Source: Malacoraja senta
Lineage: Eukaryota
Assembly (NCBI GenBank): GCA_038087875.1
Contig: CM075988.1
Coordinates: 7,814,001 to 7,878,000, forward strand
DNA length: 64,000 nucleotides
Direction: 5' to 3'
Shown: positions 63,160 through 64,000 of the stretch, piece by piece
Layout: every line of letters begins with the position of its first letter
Position numbering within the stretch: position 1 is the first letter of the stretch
Notes under the pieces: model-generated
Database searches by the model: none
What the model was told of the DNA's origin: nothing
The model's input: the letters and a program-made list of their open reading frames with translations, nothing else
Program-made: the position numbers and the translations under genes

Positions 63160-63620
63160 TCAAATGTGGCACAACCAAAGTTTAATAAAGTTGCGAAGTG
63201 ACTTCTTGATTGTTATACCCAATGCCCTGGCCATTATACCATATGCCAGTATACCACAACGCTTCTTCACCACTAATTACTTGTGTTGCTACAAGTTCCC
63301 TCTGTGTATCAATGCTATTCAAGAATCCTGCCGTTAACTATTTATGTTCCCCGTACATTCAACTTTCCAAAGTGCGACACTCACACTTGCCTGGGTTAAA
63401 CACCATCAGCTATTTCTCAGCTCATCCAACTGATCTACATCCGGCTGTATCCTTTTGACAGCATTTTTCGCTGTCTGCAATGCCACCATTTTTTGTAATG
63501 TGCAACTTCACCAATCAACCCATCAAAAGAGCTTGAAAACCCCGAAGAGGAATAGTTACCAATTGAACACTTAGGCAACTTACTAACATTAAAGATGAAT
63601 CCTTGATGATGGTCCTCTCC
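63160..63620 (-). mobile_element. Old CR1 RT fragment
   Basis: Diverged similarity to 40560-41250. Confidence 0.55.
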
Positions 63621-64000
63621 ATTATACCAACACAGTAGGTAGGCATATGCTGCCACAAACCTGCTTTAAGGCTACTGATTGAGAGCACTCCAGGTTGTAA
63701 GTATCAGGACACTATTCCAGTGCTGCTGTTTATCTGCAGGAGTGTGGAGCTTCTGAGCAGCTGGCTGCCTCTGCATTCTCAATTCTACTCCATTTTAGTT
63801 TAGTTTATTATAGTCACATGTACCGAGGTACAGTGAAAAGCTTTTTTTCATTGCACGCTATCCAGTCAGCGAGAAGGCAATACATGATTACAATCAAGCC
63901 GTCCACAGTGTACGGACACCACTTAGGAATTATTTCCATTAGTTACTCTCCCAACCATCATAGATGTCTGCTACATAGGTTTGGTCACAGATTCTACATA

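Noticed and set aside
1..64000. CRISPR array or prokaryotic operon/defence system
   Set aside because: The sequence is spliced vertebrate DNA; repeats are dispersed retroposons without regular repeat-spacer periodicity.

Overview
Eukaryotic, repeat-rich genomic DNA. The repeat inventory (HE1-like V-SINEs, CR1/HER1 LINEs, Penelope-derived repeats) points to a cartilaginous fish, probably a skate or ray; this is inference. The window holds the last five coding exons and 3' UTR of a + strand PKNOX2 (PREP2, TALE-class homeobox) gene: 8088-8185, 25043-25165, 47860-47936, 60545-60720 and 61904-62136. All have GT-AG boundaries and compatible phases. The introns contain HE1-like SINEs, CR1 and Rex1/Babar LINE fragments, hAT, PIF/Harbinger and Tc1/mariner-type MITEs, a probable solo LTR and a multi-layer nested retroelement cluster at 40-45 kb. 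Main observations: (1) a very abundant short repeat derived from the 3' end of a Penelope-like element (GIY-YIG remnant attached) carries a minimal hammerhead-ribozyme-like core and often forms head-to-head hairpins; (2) one hairpin tip contains a 20-nt exact inverted copy of sequence 1.7 kb away; (3) two homologous ~70-bp homeodomain-site-rich non-coding elements lie 47 kb apart in different introns. Most ORFs in the supplied track are spurious or transposon debris. Repeat boundaries are approximate unless a TSD is given.
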